DNA of 64,000 bases. Origin: an uncultured cyanobacterium (GTDB lineage: Bacteria > Cyanobacteriota > Cyanobacteriia > Phormidesmidales > Phormidesmidaceae). The stretch spans positions 288,001 to 352,000 of the forward strand of contig CAWBZI010000004.1 of the NCBI GenBank assembly GCA_963793265.1. The letters are read 5' to 3'. Within the stretch, counting starts at the first letter, position 1, and each line of letters starts with the position of its first letter. This document shows, piece by piece, positions 61,568-64,000 of this stretch. The notes beneath the pieces are model-generated. The model saw only the letters and a list, made by a program, of their open reading frames with translations, ran no database searches and had not been told where the DNA came from. The position numbers and the translations under genes were made by a program.

Positions 61568-61791
61568 TGGGCAAGAAGAACGGGCCTGGGGCTATGGTGA
61601 GGCTATGGGCGATCGCTACATAACAAGAACTTCACAATAGGGTGCCACGTTTCCACCTCAGCCGTTTCAAATCGCAGGCCGCTTCTGCGACTGTCAGAAG
61701 TTTGATACCCTAAAAACCGCCGACCCCATAACCTATTCGCTCATTTACGATGCGATCGGGGAATTGCGTTAAATATGAGACAGGGCCAAAC

Positions 61792-63618
61792 ATGTTCGGA
61801 AAACAGCCCACCAAGCGACTCTTTTTGCTCGCTATTGCTATGCTTGCCGCCGCTAGCGTATTTGTCATGCAGTTGAACAATCTACCGAATCGCAGCGCTA
61901 ATAACAATACCGTTTCTGACACTAGCGCAACCAAAGGATCGCTCCCCTTGCTCAGCGATCCTTTTCTACAGCTCCCGACCGACTCGTCCGTGCAGGTCGT
62001 TTGGTTTACAGAGTTTGAGGGGGCTGAGCATGTTGTGGAATACGGGGAGGGGCAAACGGCGACGGCGACCACGACTCAGCTTAGCCGGGTTCGAGAAGAC
62101 AGCGATTCTCGGGTACAGGGCCGCGCTTTCCCAGAGGTGACGCGGCGTGAAATTTGGCGGCATGAGGCCACTGTAACAGGGCTATCGCCTGGCTTTCATC
62201 TGCCTTACAAGGTCGTAAGTCGCGATGCTGCTGGGCAAACGGCGGTGAGTAACGAATTTACCCTAGCGCCTAACCCGCCCCAAGACAGGCCGCTGAAGAT
62301 ATTGCTCACGTCTGACCATCAGCTTAAGCCGATGTCGCCTGCTAATTTGCAGAAGGTGGCTGAAACGGTGGGGCGAGTAGATGCGGTGTTTTTTGCAGGC
62401 GATCTGGTCAACGTGCCGGATCGCGCTTCCGAATGGTTTGACGATGCTAGAGGACTGGCATTTTTCCCTGGCTTGCAGGGCCGGGCCAACCATGCTTTTG
62501 ACTCAGGCGGGGTGACAACGACCTACGATGGCGGCGAACTGATTCAACACGCGCCGCTGTTTCCAGTCATCGGAAATCATGAGGTAATGGGCCGGTATGC
62601 GGCTAATGCAAAGCTCGATCCGCAGTTTGTTAATACCTTGCCTCGTGACTTGGTGAGTAAATTTTATTCGGCTCCTGATGGCGTTTCGTCAAAAGATTGG
62701 ATCAAGGATCATTCTTACAACACCGATACTTACGAAGAGATATTTTCGTTACCAACAACACAGTTGCCGAATGGAGAGACAACAGAACAGTACTATGCGA
62801 CAACATTTGGTAGCGTGCGGCTAGTGAGCTTGTATGTCACTCAGATTTGGCGATCGCCCGACTTATCTCCAAACACCAAAGGCCGCTACCGTGAGAGCGC
62901 CGCAGACATCAACAGTCCTGAAGCATGGGGCTACGGTCAGCATATTTTTGAAGATATTCGCGAAGGCAGCGCTCAGTATGAGTGGCTAAAACAAGAGCTT
63001 TCCAGCAACGAATTCCAAAGCGCTCCCTACAAAATCGTCATGCTGCACCACCCGCTTCACACGCTTGGCGGCAACATTGTTCCTGCCTTTACCGATCCGG
63101 TTGCAGTGGAGAACAGAGCTGAAGACGGTACTTTGCAATCGGTGCAGTATGAGTATCCTAAAGAGAAAGACTATTTAATCAATGACTTAATGCCTTTGCT
63201 GGAGTCTGCTAACGTACAGCTTGTTTTTTATGGTCATTCTCATCTGTGGAATCGGTTTGTAACGCCTAGCGGTGTGCATCTGTTAGAGACTTCTAATGTG
63301 GGTAATAGCTATGGCGCACACATAGCGGGTAATCCTCGTGATGTGCCAGAGGAAGGGGAGGCGATCGCGGCTGGTCTAACCCCCTTTAAAGAAACCTACA
63401 GCGCCACAGAAGACCCCAACGGTTTAAGCCCGATCGTTCCGACACTCGCGCCTTCGACTGATGAGAGCGGCAACCCGCAGCCTTATATTGCCAGCAATGA
63501 GATTACGAGCTTTACGATTCTCGATACGGGAAGCGGTATGGTGAGTAGCTATTATTTTGATACGCGATTGCCTGCTTCTGCCGTCGTAAAATTCGACGAA
63601 TTCAGCATTCTTCAGTAG
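61792..63618 (+). CDS. Exported calcineurin-like metallophosphoesterase (purple-acid-phosphatase-like N domain)
   Basis: Signal/TM segment, SDHQ, AGDLV, GNHE, LHHP, GHSH motifs. Confidence 0.85.
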   Translation: MFGKQPTKRLFLLAIAMLAAASVFVMQLNNLPNRSANNNTVSDTSATKGSLPLLSDPFLQLPTDSSVQVVWFTEFEGAEHVVEYGEGQTATATTTQLSRVREDSDSRVQGRAFPEVTRREIWRHEATVTGLSPGFHLPYKVVSRDAAGQTAVSNEFTLAPNPPQDRPLKILLTSDHQLKPMSPANLQKVAETVGRVDAVFFAGDLVNVPDRASEWFDDARGLAFFPGLQGRANHAFDSGGVTTTYDGGELIQHAPLFPVIGNHEVMGRYAANAKLDPQFVNTLPRDLVSKFYSAPDGVSSKDWIKDHSYNTDTYEEIFSLPTTQLPNGETTEQYYATTFGSVRLVSLYVTQIWRSPDLSPNTKGRYRESAADINSPEAWGYGQHIFEDIREGSAQYEWLKQELSSNEFQSAPYKIVMLHHPLHTLGGNIVPAFTDPVAVENRAEDGTLQSVQYEYPKEKDYLINDLMPLLESANVQLVFYGHSHLWNRFVTPSGVHLLETSNVGNSYGAHIAGNPRDVPEEGEAIAAGLTPFKETYSATEDPNGLSPIVPTLAPSTDESGNPQPYIASNEITSFTILDTGSGMVSSYYFDTRLPASAVVKFDEFSILQ

Positions 63619-64000
63619 TGAAACAAATTTCAGTTTTTTGGAGTCTGCGCAGGCATAGCAGACACAAAGCTATAGCTCAGACGCTAGAATTTCTTGAGGG
63701 TGATTGATCGTACCAATAGTATGAGCCAATTGCCTTTAACACCTGAAAATTGAAACGGTTACGATGAAGTTCTTCTTAAAGCCTGCGTCAATTGCTTGTT
63801 TGGTTCTAACGCTATTGTTGAGCTTTTTGCTGAGGCCAGCTGTGGCTTCTTCACTGATAGATTCTCGGGTGAATCAGTTGGAGTTTCAGGTGCGATCACT
63901 TCAAACCCAAGTCTCCCAAATCCAATCTCGCTCTCCAAACCCCGGTATCAGTAGCAACCGCCCTGCCCCTACCGAGATTCCCGCCGTTCCTGGCGATCTT

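Noticed and set aside
63619..64000. Possible gene end entering from the right edge on the minus strand
   Set aside because: All three frames close within about 35 codons with no recognisable motif; cannot be assigned.

Overview
Chromosomal window of a cyanobacterium, shown by psbD-psbC, ycf4, many HIP1 GCGATCGC octamers, a CAAD-containing ValRS and a SepJ-like permease. A filamentous or Leptolyngbya/Phormidesmis/PCC 7335-like lineage is my inference only. Most of the window is core genes: valS, fabF-like, psbDC, apt, corA, glgP, ilvC, gatA, glgC, tRNA-Ser, fed2, suhB, dnaJ-like, hisZ, mutL, dapB, moaD, and a complete PatA-CheY-CheW-MCP-CheA (Pix/Tax) phototaxis-type cluster. Small accessory inserts are scattered among them: two PIN toxin-antitoxin pairs, a Uma2 nuclease, a DUF559 nuclease, tandem acyltransferases and an autotransporter. 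I saw no CRISPR, integrase or transposase. The most notable observations are: (1) a DUF559 nuclease gene bracketed by a ~55-bp inverted repeat whose internal hairpins show a compensatory indel; (2) psbD and psbC de-overlapped by a duplicated D2 3' end exactly 100 nt downstream, bridged by a 38-codon ORF; (3) a predicted ribbon-helix-helix / TM / M23 peptidase fusion; (4) a G+T to A+C compositional flip centred on HIP1 sites and insertion junctions; (5) a PixJ-like receptor with one DXCF and one DXCF-less bilin GAF; (6) a candidate NtcA-linked sRNA. All calls come from reading motifs by eye; no database searches were run.
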